Origin: Hydrolagus affinis | Taxonomy: Eukaryota | Reading direction: 5' to 3' | NCBI GenBank assembly: GCA_012026655.1 | Contig: JAAILG010000079.1 | Span: 62,001-126,000 of the forward strand | Length of the DNA: 64,000 nt | Part shown: positions 14,550 to 26,357 of the stretch, one piece after another | Position numbering within the stretch: position 1 is the stretch's first letter | How the letters are laid out: each line of letters opens with the position of its first letter | Program-made: the position numbers and the translations under genes | The notes under the pieces: model-generated | The model's input: only the letters and a program-made list of their open reading frames with translations | Databases searched by the model: none | What the model was told of the DNA's origin: nothing

Positions 14550-14940
14550 GCTACCGTCCATGCAGAGTTGGAGAGGCTGGGGAGTCTCGGGGGAGGGGGA
14601 AATACACGAGGCCGGCGAGGGAGGGAAGATACACGAGACTGGGGAGTGAGTGTCTGGAGGCCGAGGGGGAGGGAGATACTTGGAGGAGGCGTCTCGGAAC
14701 CGGGGAGGGAGGATACTCGAGGCCAGGGGAATGTTCGGGGCCGCGGGGCCAGACGCTCCGTTACCTGCAGCTTCTCTTTTTTTTTTTACTGTCTGACAAA
14801 ACGGCCGCTCACGTGACCTCTTCAAATCCGTGCCGCCATCTTGTCTCGGTGACGCCATGCCGCAGCCTGCCAACCCCCCCCCCTCCATGTGCTTTTGTTC
14901 TGATTGGCCAGAGTGGTCGCGTTAGGACCATGAAAATGTT
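14550..14940 (-). promoter_or_regulatory. CpG-island promoter with non-coding first exon (about 14765-14870) and 5' splice donor, transcribed leftward; possibly ATP2B1 by synteny
   Basis: CpG-dense; CCAATCAG at about 14900-14907 (minus); YY1 consensus CAAGATGGCGGC at 14832-14843 (minus); E-box CACGTGAC 14810-14817; donor CTGCAG|GTAACG at 14765/14764. Gene identity is inferred from synteny only. Confidence 0.65.
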
Positions 14941-15109
14941 GTTTGGGAACCGCCAAATCAGTGGCCGCTGTCCGGGAGCCGGGGTGGTCACGTCAGTGAG
15001 GTTTATTTAACTGGAAATGAGTAAGGAAATATGCGGGACTGACTCTGACTGGTCGCCTGTGGGGGGTGGTCGCGCCACTGAGGTGGTCGCCAACCTAGGT
15101 TCCACTGTA
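14910..15109. mobile_element. One terminus of a Tc1/mariner-pogo-type DNA transposon or MITE with subterminal GTGGTCGC repeats
   Basis: Ends ...AGGTTCCACTG|TA (TIR-like plus TA target); six GTGGTCGC-like repeats at about 14913, 14961, 14984, 15049, 15066, 15083; no partner TIR found. Confidence 0.55.
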
Positions 15110-16294
15110 TATCAATATTAAGTGTATAGTATTAGGAACACTGAGCAACTATGTGGGACAATTATGGCTGCCTCTGAGTCTGGTATTATGTATGGTTAAA
15201 GAAGAGATATTGAAGGGGTATTGGTATTGATTTGGAAGATACAGGATATGTGTATCTTGTTGATTTTTATTGGTATCTGGGGGATGTGAAGGTCACCAGG
15301 TTTTGCTTGGACAGTGTCCTGTGGGATCGTACTGAGATGGGGTGAAGGTTACATTTGCATATCTCTTCAAAGATAGCAATGGCACAAAGGAGGTTAAGCT
15401 TGTGCAGTATAAGACGTGTCCACAGTTGGTGGTTTTGAACTCCTGGCCTTGTAGTGGTGGGATTTCCTTCTGTATATTTCTGGTCCTTTATCAAGTAGTG
15501 AGGTCTCAGTCATTAGCAGCACTCGGAGAGTTAGGTCACTCACTGGAAGCAGGGATTATTCCCATTAAGCACAGTGACGGGTTTCCGCATGTGTCAGATA
15601 CCTGGCTGACCAAAAAAACATTAGATGTTCACATGATGGCTTGAGTAATAACTGTGTAATTCCCTTTAGTGAAACCATGTAAACATCAAAATGTTCACTG
15701 TACATTGAAAAGTTTTGAAATCAACTGAATGCATTGAGTAACAACATTACCGCCAAGCTCAGTGCTGATATAAGGTGTGTTTCTTATGCATGTAATAGGC
15801 GGAGCAGACTAATGCTTGATGCCTATGACACGCTGGTCTCCTAATCTTATCCATCAGGGGCTAGGTACTGTACTCAACAAGATTAATACTGTATTCACAT
15901 TAGAGTTGGTGGATTTTTATAATACCTGTTACATAAAAGGATCCTTCAACGAAATATACATTATTATTTTCTTTCTGATTTACTTTTACTGGGTTCTCCC
16001 ATGGAGTTTGTTTGACAACCAAACAGATAGCATCCCTGAGAGCTAGGAGGCATTCTTGTTCGTAGCTGAATATTTGGGGCTGGGAATTCAGCACAAAGCT
16101 GCACAGAATGCAGGCTGTGCTGTTGTCTGCCGACTGGAGCGCTTCCAAATGCTGCTGATTAAACTCAGAAACTGATGAGAATATTTGGGGATTAGTAAAG
16201 GCAAATATACAGTAGGAACAAAGATAGACAAAGGCATGGAAAATCACAATGCTTACTGAAAGACAGAGATAAAACTGCAACAATGTAAATAATT

Positions 16295-17012
16295 AACAAC
16301 AACAACAAAAATTACACTTGTACAGCACCTTTTACATCAGGAGCAGTTACTGTCAGACCCGAGCTGAGGACGGAGGGGTGGGGGGAGATCAGGAGTTGCC
16401 AATGGGTCCATCAAAGAGGAGTCTTAAGGCGAAACTTGAAGGAGGCCAGGGAGAGGGTGAGGCGCAGGGACTGCAGGATGGAGTTCCAGAGGTTGGGGGC
16501 AGAGTGGCTGAAGGCTTACCCACCAGAGCCTGCTGAGCGGAGGGGGGGGCAGATTCATAAGGGGATAGGAGGTCACGGATGTAGGATGGGGAATGGTTGT
16601 GGGCTTTAAATGTGAGGACCAGGATCTTGAATTGGATCCTCTGGATGATGGAGAGCCAATGGAGTTGGGCGAGGATGGGGGAGATGGGGTCATGGAGTTT
16701 GGAACAATAAAGGACTCAAGCCGCAGAGTTCAGGATTATCTGCAGCCTGTGGAGGGAGGAATTGGAAAGGCCGACCAGCAGGGCGTTTTCACAATCAAGC
16801 CGGGATGTAATGAAGACGTTGATGAGGGTTTCAGTGGCTTTGGGGGTGAGGTAGCGGTGAAGTCGGGCAATGTTGCGGAGATGAGGAAAGGCAGAGCGAG
16901 AGTTATTGCTTGGATGTGGGGAAGGAAAGACGGTTGAGGGTCGAACAAGACACCTAGGTTGCTGAGGTTTGGTGAGATCGAGTATGCAGCCATGGAGGTC
17001 GATGCTGCCAGC
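16295..17012 (-). mobile_element. L2 LINE 3' fragment with (TTG)n tail
   Basis: HLRNIARLHRYLTPKATETLINVFITSRLDC motif; tail aacaacaacaaaattaca. Confidence 0.88.
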
Positions 17013-17159
17013 GCCTGATATTATCTTTACACTAGAACACATCTACAGTCAAATGTACAAAGAAAAAGCTTGTACCTTTCAGCTGGTTTGATGCATTGCT
17101 AACGTGTGGGAAAAGTGTTAATTTATCCTATCCCACAGGAATACATAGCCCACAAGATA

Positions 17160-18128
17160 ACAATAAACAACAACAATTTGGATTTCCATAGCGCCCTCCA
17201 CGCCAGATGGCGTCTCAGAGCGTTTCCCAATAACGGCGCCCGAGGCCGAGCTAGTGAGAGAGGGAAAGTGACCATAGGCGCAGTCGAACAGAAAGGACAT
17301 TAAGTGCGGCCTGAAAATGGAAAAGGAGGGGGTGACGCGAAGGGATTGAGGGAGGGAGTTCCAGACCTTCGTGGCTGAAGGCACAGTCGCGACTGTGGAG
17401 CGGAGGATTCGGGGAACAAGGAGGAGGCCACATCCAGGAGAGTGGAGGCAGCAGGTGAGGAGAGAGGCAGGGGGGTTGCAGAGGAGTGGAGAGATTTAAA
17501 CACGAGAGTGAGGATCTTGAAGTTGATCCACTCTGACTGGGAGCCAGTGAAGTCTGGCAAGGACTGAGGTAATCGGGAAGCGAAGTTTGGATCGGGTGAG
17601 AATGCGAGCGGTGGAGTTCTGAATGAACTGAATTTTGTGAATGGTGTTGGAGAGGAAACTGGCGAGGATGGCATTGGGAGTAGTCCAGCTGACAGGTGAC
17701 AAAGGTATGGACCAGGATTTCGGCAGCTTTAGAGGTGAGATATTGGCGGAGACGGACAATATAGAAGAGATGGAAGAAGGCAGTGCTGGTGAGGGACCAG
17801 ATGTGGTGGGAGTAGGTTAATTGGGGGTCGAACCTGACGCCTAGGTTGCGTACAGGTTCGGAATGTTTTAGGGGAATGTCGGGTAGGTGGAGGAGGTGAG
17901 AGGTATGGGACTGAAGACATTGACGAGAGCCAAAGAGTATGGCTGCCGTCTTGTCAACGTTTAGTGGCAGAAAGTTTGCGCTCATCCAGCTCTTGATGTC
18001 TGACAGGCAGACTGACAGAACATCAGAGGACTGGAATCGCAATTTGAGGTGGAAAAGTAGAGTTGGGTGTCATCCGCAAACATGTAGAAGTTTACCCCAT
18101 GTCTGTGGATGACAACACCATGAGGGAA
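17160..18128 (-). mobile_element. L2 LINE 3' fragment
   Basis: DIKSWMSANFLPLNVDKT, VRNLGVRFD, LHWLPV motifs; (TTG)n tail. Confidence 0.9.
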
Positions 18129-18279
18129 CATGTAGTTAATAGCAAGTCAATTCATTTTACAGAATATTCTGTGAAGTTCTTTGAGATGTTTCTAAGTTGT
18201 GATAAGACGCTATATTCAAATGCAAGGATTATTGTTTACCTATGGCATACGTTTGATCTAAATACATATGAAAGCTCAC

Positions 18280-18643
18280 ATACTCAATTTCAAGATCCTT
18301 GCTCTTGTTTTCAAATCCCTCCACTCCTCTGCACCCCACTACTTCTCTGACCTCCTCTCTCCTCACAACAGCACTCGTAGCCTTCACTCTACCGGGTCTG
18401 GCCTCCTCCTTGTCCCCCCAATCCTCTGTTCCATCGTCGATGGCCGTGTCTTCAGCCACTACGCCCCAAGGCTCTGGAACTCCCTACCTCTATCCCTTTG
18501 CCTCTTTTCCTATTTTCGGGTTATGGCTAAAGACTTTTCTTTTCGACCGCGCTTTTTCCCCCTCCCCTCGCTTGGACCCATGATCCATTATTGTGAAACG
18601 CTCTGAGTGGAGGGAGCTATATAAATCCAAGTTGTTGTTGTTA
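18280..18643 (+). mobile_element. L2 LINE 3' end
   Basis: FKILALVFKSLH..APRLWNSLP; tail gctatataaatccaagttgttgttg. Confidence 0.85.
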
Positions 18644-19254
18644 TTTGCATTCTTGTATTGTCCAATAAAAGAAAGTGTATCTACAGCACAATCTAGCAAT
18701 CAAGATCTGAAATTCAAATAGCTCATGAATTAGCCACATTATTGGCTCAAGTGGGTAAGGAAGTGCCTGATCTACTATTAATTGGAATCCAAGAGCTTTG
18801 GGCTTTCACAGGTGCATTATCTAAACTGGGTTGTTTGTTTATGTAAAATTATTAAGGAGTTGGTTAATGAATGACTTTAAAACAGGCCGTTCAAAAGCTT
18901 TGACTTGAATACGGTGAAGAGAATCTAGTACATTGAGACTCCAAACTTGCAGAGTTTGTAGTTCATGTGTGTAAATCACCAAGATGTACAGCAAATCACT
19001 GTCAAACATGTTGCATGGAATATGGAACAGTAAGGTATTAAACTGCAGCACAGTTTATGTTTAGTATGACAGATACTAAAAATCAAGCTAAGGAACTCAG
19101 ATCCCCATATCCCAAGGGGGATATTGCACTGCTCATTGTAAATGTAAATGTCAAAACCAATAACTACTTAATTTTAACTAGCTTTTCTTATACATTTCCG
19201 TGCCTCACCTGTAATATTTTAATTCAGGAGAAACCAATCTAATTTGTATTTTCT

Positions 19255-19474
19255 GAAAATCGCCAATTCCTGTATCAGCCACTATGCCCCGAAGCTCTAG
19301 AACTCCCATCCTCACTTCCTTCGTCTCGCTCCCTCTCTTCATAGTTTCAGGTCTTGGTTGAAGACCTTTGTTTTCGACTGCGCTTTCAGTCACCTTTTAC
19401 CCCCTGCCCTGGCCCTGGGATCTGTTAATAAGCACTCCGTCATGGAGGGCGCTATATAAATCAAAGTTGTTGTT
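19255..19474 (+). mobile_element. L2 LINE 3' end
   Basis: Similar to 18450-18643; ends ggcgctatataaatcaaagttgttgtt. Confidence 0.75.
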
Positions 19475-21501
19475 AACTTGAAATTCATCTACTTAAAATC
19501 TTACTGTTGTGTATAATCAGACATGAAATTTAATTCTCATCAGAAATACATCAGTGTCCAGTTGAATACATGGCTTGATAGGTAACTGCCCATACTTAGC
19601 TGGAATGACTCAGAAATACATACAGAGATTGCACCTTTCTTGTATTTCCAGGCAATTGTTAAATTCTAAACAACATGACGCCTATTGATTCAATATAATG
19701 AATGAAAGAGATTCACAAAAAATATTGTTTGAACAAGAGAGATAAGTTGGCCTGAAGCACAAAGGACTATGTACTGATGTAACACTGATGCGTTAGGCCT
19801 TTCATGTCAAGCACTATGATGATTCAGTATTCCTCACTAATCCAAATGCCAAAATATAAATTAAAATATACATCAGTGTGATTCAACATTCTAGACCAAA
19901 GGGGCAGCGTTGCAATGCAACAAATTTTCTATTTACACTCCTATCAGGAACTGACCAGTAAATCAACTGATGAGTAACATTGGAGTTACAATTCAAAGCA
20001 AAACATCAAAAGATGTAAGGATCAGGGTAGTTGTTCTGTTCTGGTTAACACAAGAGAATGCCATTGCTTTCAACTTAAGTTCTTGAACAGACATTACATG
20101 TGTAAAGTGTTAATTACCACTGGTTATATTATCACATCAAACTATGCCATTTTTCACTCTAAGCATTCTTAACCCTCAGATGTCAGAGATAAAATCTTTA
20201 GCAGGAAGGTCAACTTAGCTTATGAAAACATACCAAGGGATTCTCACAGTTGAGAAGAGCCGGAGTTCATCACATTAACTCAAGCTGAAATCAAATGCTG
20301 AGCCTAGATTATATTAATGCAAAATATCTAATTTTTTTCTTCTAATTTTATTGAAATTCTACTGTCTTTCCAATGTCTATTTTAGTACTTACCTACATTG
20401 ATAAGTAGTTGGTCAAATTAATGCACAAAATTCAAGAATGGCTGTTACTCAGAAACAATGACCTCCTAATGAAGGTAACTGAAACCATTGAAAGACGAAT
20501 GTGGAAAAATTCTATTTATTCATATTGCTTTTGGCAATATCAGCCACTAATGGGGTATCCCATTAAAGACATTCATCAACAAAGTTGCTACATATAACAC
20601 TGAACAGAATTTTTACCCCCTAGCTTACATATAGAGCAGATGTGGTACGTTACCATTTACATCTGGCATCACAAATTAATTTTTTAACTGAGTTTCAATC
20701 AAAAACAAGTCAAAACCAGTCTGTGCTGCAGCAGATATAACATCTGTACCAAGCAAATTTGTTACAGGTAATCAATAGATGATGCTGTGCAGAGCAGATG
20801 GCTTATGGCTATTCCAGGAAATCTGCTGATTCAAATTGTCCAATAGTCTGAATGGTAATATGACAATTTTATGACTAAACTGTCAGAATTTTAATAGGAT
20901 CTCTTGTGAAAACATGATGCCTAAATGTTACATTAGCCAGATCTAGCACCTTTAAGCCATGAAGGCCTTGATTCTCTGTGATTTTTAATTAGATTTATTA
21001 TCTGATTGACTGAAAGTCTTTAAAGTCTTTAAGATGTACAGATGAAGCAGTTAACTGTAGTGGTTAAAATCACAAGGAATCATTTAGTGTATTGAGGAAA
21101 TCCCTTTAGAAACTAAACTGTAACCTTTTTCTTAAATGTTCATATGAAAAGGGCTGAACTGACAACCTCAGGAAAGAAAATATAAAAATATAAATATAAC
21201 CCATAATATCAGGGTTTGGGATTACTTTAAATCCCTGGCTATGCAAAGGTGTTAATTCAACTGAGTGCCTGGATTTGATGGGAGTTTGGAATAACACATT
21301 TGACAGGAAGGAAAAAGTACATTCACACTAGCTGTATTTGTTGTTGTGTGTTTTATTATTTTACTTATTTATATGGAGTTTCAAAAAAGCTGAAAGAAAG
21401 TACACTTTCTAGAGGTTATTTGCTCCCAAAACATTAAATATTGCAGCTGTGCATTAATTTTTGTATTGCAAATGTTATTTAATAGTGTGCAATACAGTAT
21501 A

Positions 21502-22825
21502 CAGGTAGACCCCGTTTACCAAACGCCCGGTCACCGAGGGTTTGTATTTGTACCTCCTATGTGCTTAGCGAAGGCTGCATTTGCTATAGCGAAAGTTTAA
21601 ATCTCGCGCGCTTCTTGTCTCCCGGTCTACATACACTTACTTCAGTATACCACCTAAACACCCATTAGCAACATCGCCAACCCCATCGAAGAAAAGGAAG
21701 TCCATCACGTAGGAAATGAAGATGGATCGAAGACCAGAACGAATGCCATTGCCCCCTCTCCGCTAGTATAATCCAAGAGAAGGCCCATACAGTATGGGAG
21801 AAGCTTAAGCGGCAGGATGCTAGGCAACCACATGACGCTACTCGGAAAAAGCTAGCGGAGACTTTTGCTGCTAGCAATGGATGGCTTGATCGTTTTCCAA
21901 AGCGATACAAGCTCCATTCTATCAAGATGTGCGGGGAAGCTGCTAGTGCGGATGTTGCTGCTGCCGAACATTATCCAGATGAACTTAGAAAAATCATTAA
22001 GGAGGGAGGTTATACACCGCAACAAATTTTCAACTTCGATGAAACAGGGCTTAATTGGAAGAAGTTACCTGAGAAGACCTACATCTCCATAAATGAGAAA
22101 TCGGCCCCTGGAAAGCTTACAACTGAAGAAATTTAGGATTTAACAAAGGAACAGACAGCTGAGGCTGATGATTTATTTGAGGAGCCTAAGATTCTTAGTT
22201 TGAACGTTTTGAAAGCTTTTCTTTCGAAAACAGATGAAGCAATTCATATTTGCAAAGACAACAATCCTGAAATGGATCGTAGCATTAAGGTTGCCTGTGG
22301 CATCAAGCAAACTATTCATTGTTATCAAGAATTGTATGAAGAAAAGAAGAAAAACTGTTGACAGTCTTCTATCGACAGTTTCTTTAAGCCGACATCGTCC
22401 AAAAAACCAGAACCAAGTACGTCTGGTGATTATACAGAATCTATTGCTTTCTCACCAGATTCTCCCAATTCTCCAGCCTCCTCCTCCTCCCCCTCCTCCT
22501 CCAGCAACAATTAAAACAAAGACCTCCTCCCTACTCCTCACCTCATTACGGGAAGTAAGGGAACTTTCATTTTGTTACTGTATTCTGTTTAAAATTTACT
22601 AAATAAAATACTGTTCAGCTAAACAAAACAAACATTTTCATCTTGTATTCTTTCATCGTTTCATTTTGTAATTAAAGTATTGCAGCCTTCAATAGCAGTT
22701 CTACCTACCTTATGCCTTCGCTGGTACATCTAACAAATGTTAGGAACGAAACAGATTTTTTTCACATACGGAAACACAGTAGGGACCTCCCACTTGCTTT
22801 ACAAGGAGTAAGCGGGGTCTACCTG
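21502..22825 (+). mobile_element. Tigger/pogo DNA transposon, internally deleted, defective transposase
   Basis: TIRs TA|CAGGTAGACCCCGTTTAC ... GTAAGCGGGGTCTACCTG; the frame encodes CENP-B-type HTH (FAASNGWLDRF) and GEAASAD...QIFNFDETGLNWKKLPEKTYIS, then jumps to the C-terminus (QSSIDSFFK), with stops. Confidence 0.9.
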
Positions 22826-25648
22826 AAGCAGTATGGAGAGCTTCAAGAAAAGTTTTTTAATATACATAAGAGTATCAAACTTTAATGGCAAACATGATTG
22901 GCAAAGGGATGATGTGAGTCAATACTGCAGGCTTTCTTTTGAAACATTTTTAAAAGATTATTATTTTTAGCAATACAAATGGTATGCATTTATAGGTCAG
23001 ATGTTACCTGTATTGCCAAGGTTTGAACGAATTAAACAGGTTCCAGGCTTGCACTGATTTGTATTGAGTAGGAACAGCATCTCAGATGGAGTGGCAATAG
23101 AGGTGTTAAAATTGGCCTCAGTATCCTTGGTTAGGGAGGAAAAACTATCTACTTAATCGCCATCCAGTCATCTGTGCTAGAATATCTATGTGTCAACTGG
23201 ATAATAATCTGCCTCAGAAATGCCCCCATTCCCATATGTGCAATCAAATATAAATTAATGATTGCATTTGAAATAAGCCAAAGCACTTTATAGGCAATAG
23301 TTAAAATGTTGTTGGCTTTGAATATGTAGGAAAACAAAGCAAGCAATTTGCAAGCAATAACATCCTGCAAACAGAAATGAGACGAATGACCAATTTATGT
23401 GAAGAATTGTTAACCAGGAAGCCAAGAGGAATTAATTTCTTTTTTCAAATAGTGCTATCAAATCTTAATGTTCAAGCACTCTGAGACGCTACCCTGCTTG
23501 GAGGGGGCAATATAACTGCAAACTGTAGTTGATGCCCAACTGAACAGACTGTTGGGACCTCAGAAGTATAAAGGAGATAACTTGTCAGATTTGGAATCAG
23601 CCCATGAAGTCATGAAGCACTGTTCAAAGGGATAAATCACCGAAGCAGAATAATGGCATTGGCATATTCTCCAACTTGGATCAGCTGTTTGTTTCTGATT
23701 TATTTTCATTCTTATGTGTTGTAAAAGATAATGCAAAGGGCCAGTGCTTGCTGCCCATTAGGAAAGCAAGCTCATTTTCCAGATTTACGTTAACTAAAAA
23801 GTGGTATGTGGCAGTCAGGGAGGGCAATGTCAACACATTTTGTACTTGGATTTTCATAAATCAAAGGGGTTGTTTATCTACGTCTTTCCACCTATTAATC
23901 TGGGCACAGGCAACTTCTTGGGTGTTGACTTCATGGAAAATTCAGTGTCAATGATCATTGTGGCAAGATAATACTGAAGAGTGAAATTGTCCTGCTCAAT
24001 TCAATTTAAGTGGAATTATAGGAATGCTGTTTAATTATGAAGCAGTTTATGTGGTTATTGAGTATATGTAATGAATCTTAACGTCCCTCTAATAGAAATC
24101 AGAAAATGTGTATGAATCCCTTATTTATTGGTTCTCCAATGAGCTAATGGTTAAAACACTGTTCAGTAGAGCTCTGTTACAAAGTCAGAAGCTGTAGGTT
24201 ATATTCCCAATTTGGGCAATGAATTAACTAATCCTATCCAGAGCAGCAGGTGGAATTTTGGAATTCCACCTGGTCAGGGAGAGAGAAATCTACCAACATC
24301 CTCTCTAACCAATGACATCCACTAGAAGACAGGGATGAGTAGATGTTTCTCAGGTGAGATGTTCTCCACAGTCAAACGGTCTCCTGACACAATGTCCAAT
24401 CTTAGATATGGAGGTCAAACCACTGTAAAAAGTACTGGAGGGCTGCCTGTGCTTTTGAAACTGTGTGTGTTGGGGGTGGGGACAATTTATATAAGAATTA
24501 TCACAGAACACATTTTTCATCACTAAATTTCAGTGAGTTATAAAAACCAATTTCTGTAAAGTGAAAGGGGGCCATTGCTTATCATCCGAATTCAAAGCGA
24601 ATTACAGAAATACACAGGGAAATTTTATTATCAGCCCAACTGCAATATAGGATGAATTGTTCCTGATATGATAAAGCCTAGAAACTACTCAAAGGAAACT
24701 AAATGGTTTCTCTTCAATATCAATGATTAATAGCTGCACAATAATGAGTCACACAATTTTAAAAGATGGAGTCTGTTTATGAAAGTGAGAAATGCTTTTA
24801 TGGTGTATGAAAACATCACTGGCATCACAAATATTATTGCCATATGAATGGAAACCTTTGAAATGTTTGTGTCATTAGATTTGTACACATCTCACATAGA
24901 GGTAGGTCAAATGAAATCCATGAAAGTGATGAGTTCATCATACAAAAAAAATCTGTCAAATGATCATATTTATTACAAGAAATAAAATGCTCATCAGTTA
25001 ACATTGCTGGTCCTTTCTCTGTAAAAGTAAAAGGAATGATGAAAAGTACAGTGCTTTGGGATGTCCTCCTGACTTAAAAGGTGCTATACAAATGTAATTT
25101 TGTTGTTGTTTAAATTGTAGATTTTGATGAAACTCAATGGATTTCTCCACTAAAATAATTCAGATACGAAGTTTAAATGAGCAAAACGTCAAGCACAAAG
25201 TCAACCAACAGTAAAGGCAGTGGGAGGTTTAATAATGACTTAGGAATACAATAGAGTGGAAGCCTTCCAAAGTTAACCAAGAGAAATAATTTAAGAAAAC
25301 CATTTTCAAGTCCTCATTCAGATGTAATAGAACAGGAAGCAGCAAAACACAATCTCATGATTTGTGTGGCTCCAAACTCTTCTTTCTATCTGATAACCTA
25401 TTACAATACCTGGTCACATCTGTTGTTTGAGCATTGCTGGCAGGGGAAAACTGAAAAGTAGCCAACTAGTAAGATGAAATGGACCAGTTCCACGTCTCAT
25501 TTTAAAGGATTAAAGATACAGAGCATTGTTCATGTCTCAGTCTTTATGCAGTGGCAAACTTAAAGAAAAATGTTGGTCATATTAGGGAATGCGGCAGTGA
25601 TAGGGAAGGCCCTTCACCATAAATTATTGCCCCCACCCAACAATATTA

Positions 25649-26357
25649 CAGTAGACGCCCGTTTATCCATTACTCAATGCAGCGGCACTTCCATATAACC
25701 AGCACGCCAAAAAAAAAGTCCCCATTCGATAAACCGAATCAGTTGGAGCATTTGTAAATGCATAAATAATAACATAATAACAGAATATTGTATTGGTACT
25801 TATTGTTAAAACTACTCTCTTGCACTTTTTACCTTTGCTGGTAGATGCTGCGCTTGAAGCCATGATGCTGCGGTTGAGGTTTATGGTCCAGCGATTCTTT
25901 TTAAAATAGAGCGGGTGAAAAAAAGTGCGTATGACTTTAAAGTTATACTAGTGGCAAGCCAACAACGCAAGCCAATAACCCACATTGTCGCGCAGGTGCA
26001 GTATTTTGGTTTGCCGCTAGTAATCTAGGGCTTCGGCTCGCAGCTAGTAAAGTCGTGCGACTTTAAAATCGCGCTGCCGGTTTTTTCACCCGCTTGGCTT
26101 CATTTAAAAAAGAATCGCTGGACTGTAAACCTCAATCAGTAATGGTGAGAAGCGCAAGAGAGTAGTTTTAACAATAAGTACCAATATAATATTCTGTTAT
26201 TATCTGTTATTACTTAGTCTGGTGTGTATGGTGTGTGTTAAAAGAACTTAAATTTTTTTGTAGTGGGTTTTCGGCCGCAGGCCGCCCGAATATCTGGCAG
26301 GCTCTTTAACCGGCATTGGCCAGGTCCCGCGCGTGCCAGATAAACGGGCTTCTACTG
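25649..26357. mobile_element. Tigger/pogo-derived MITE with internal inverted duplication
   Basis: TA|CAGTAGACGCCCGTTTATC ... GATAAACGGGCTTCTACTG|TA; internal arms about 25770-25930 and 26080-26210 are inverted copies; contains the transposase start MASSAASTSKGKKCKRVVLTIS. Confidence 0.88.

Noticed and set aside
14544-14888. 114-aa ORF (MASPRQDGG...) in the CpG island
   Set aside because: It reads through the splice donor into GC-rich intron, includes a long A run and has no recognisable homology; it is more likely 5' UTR.
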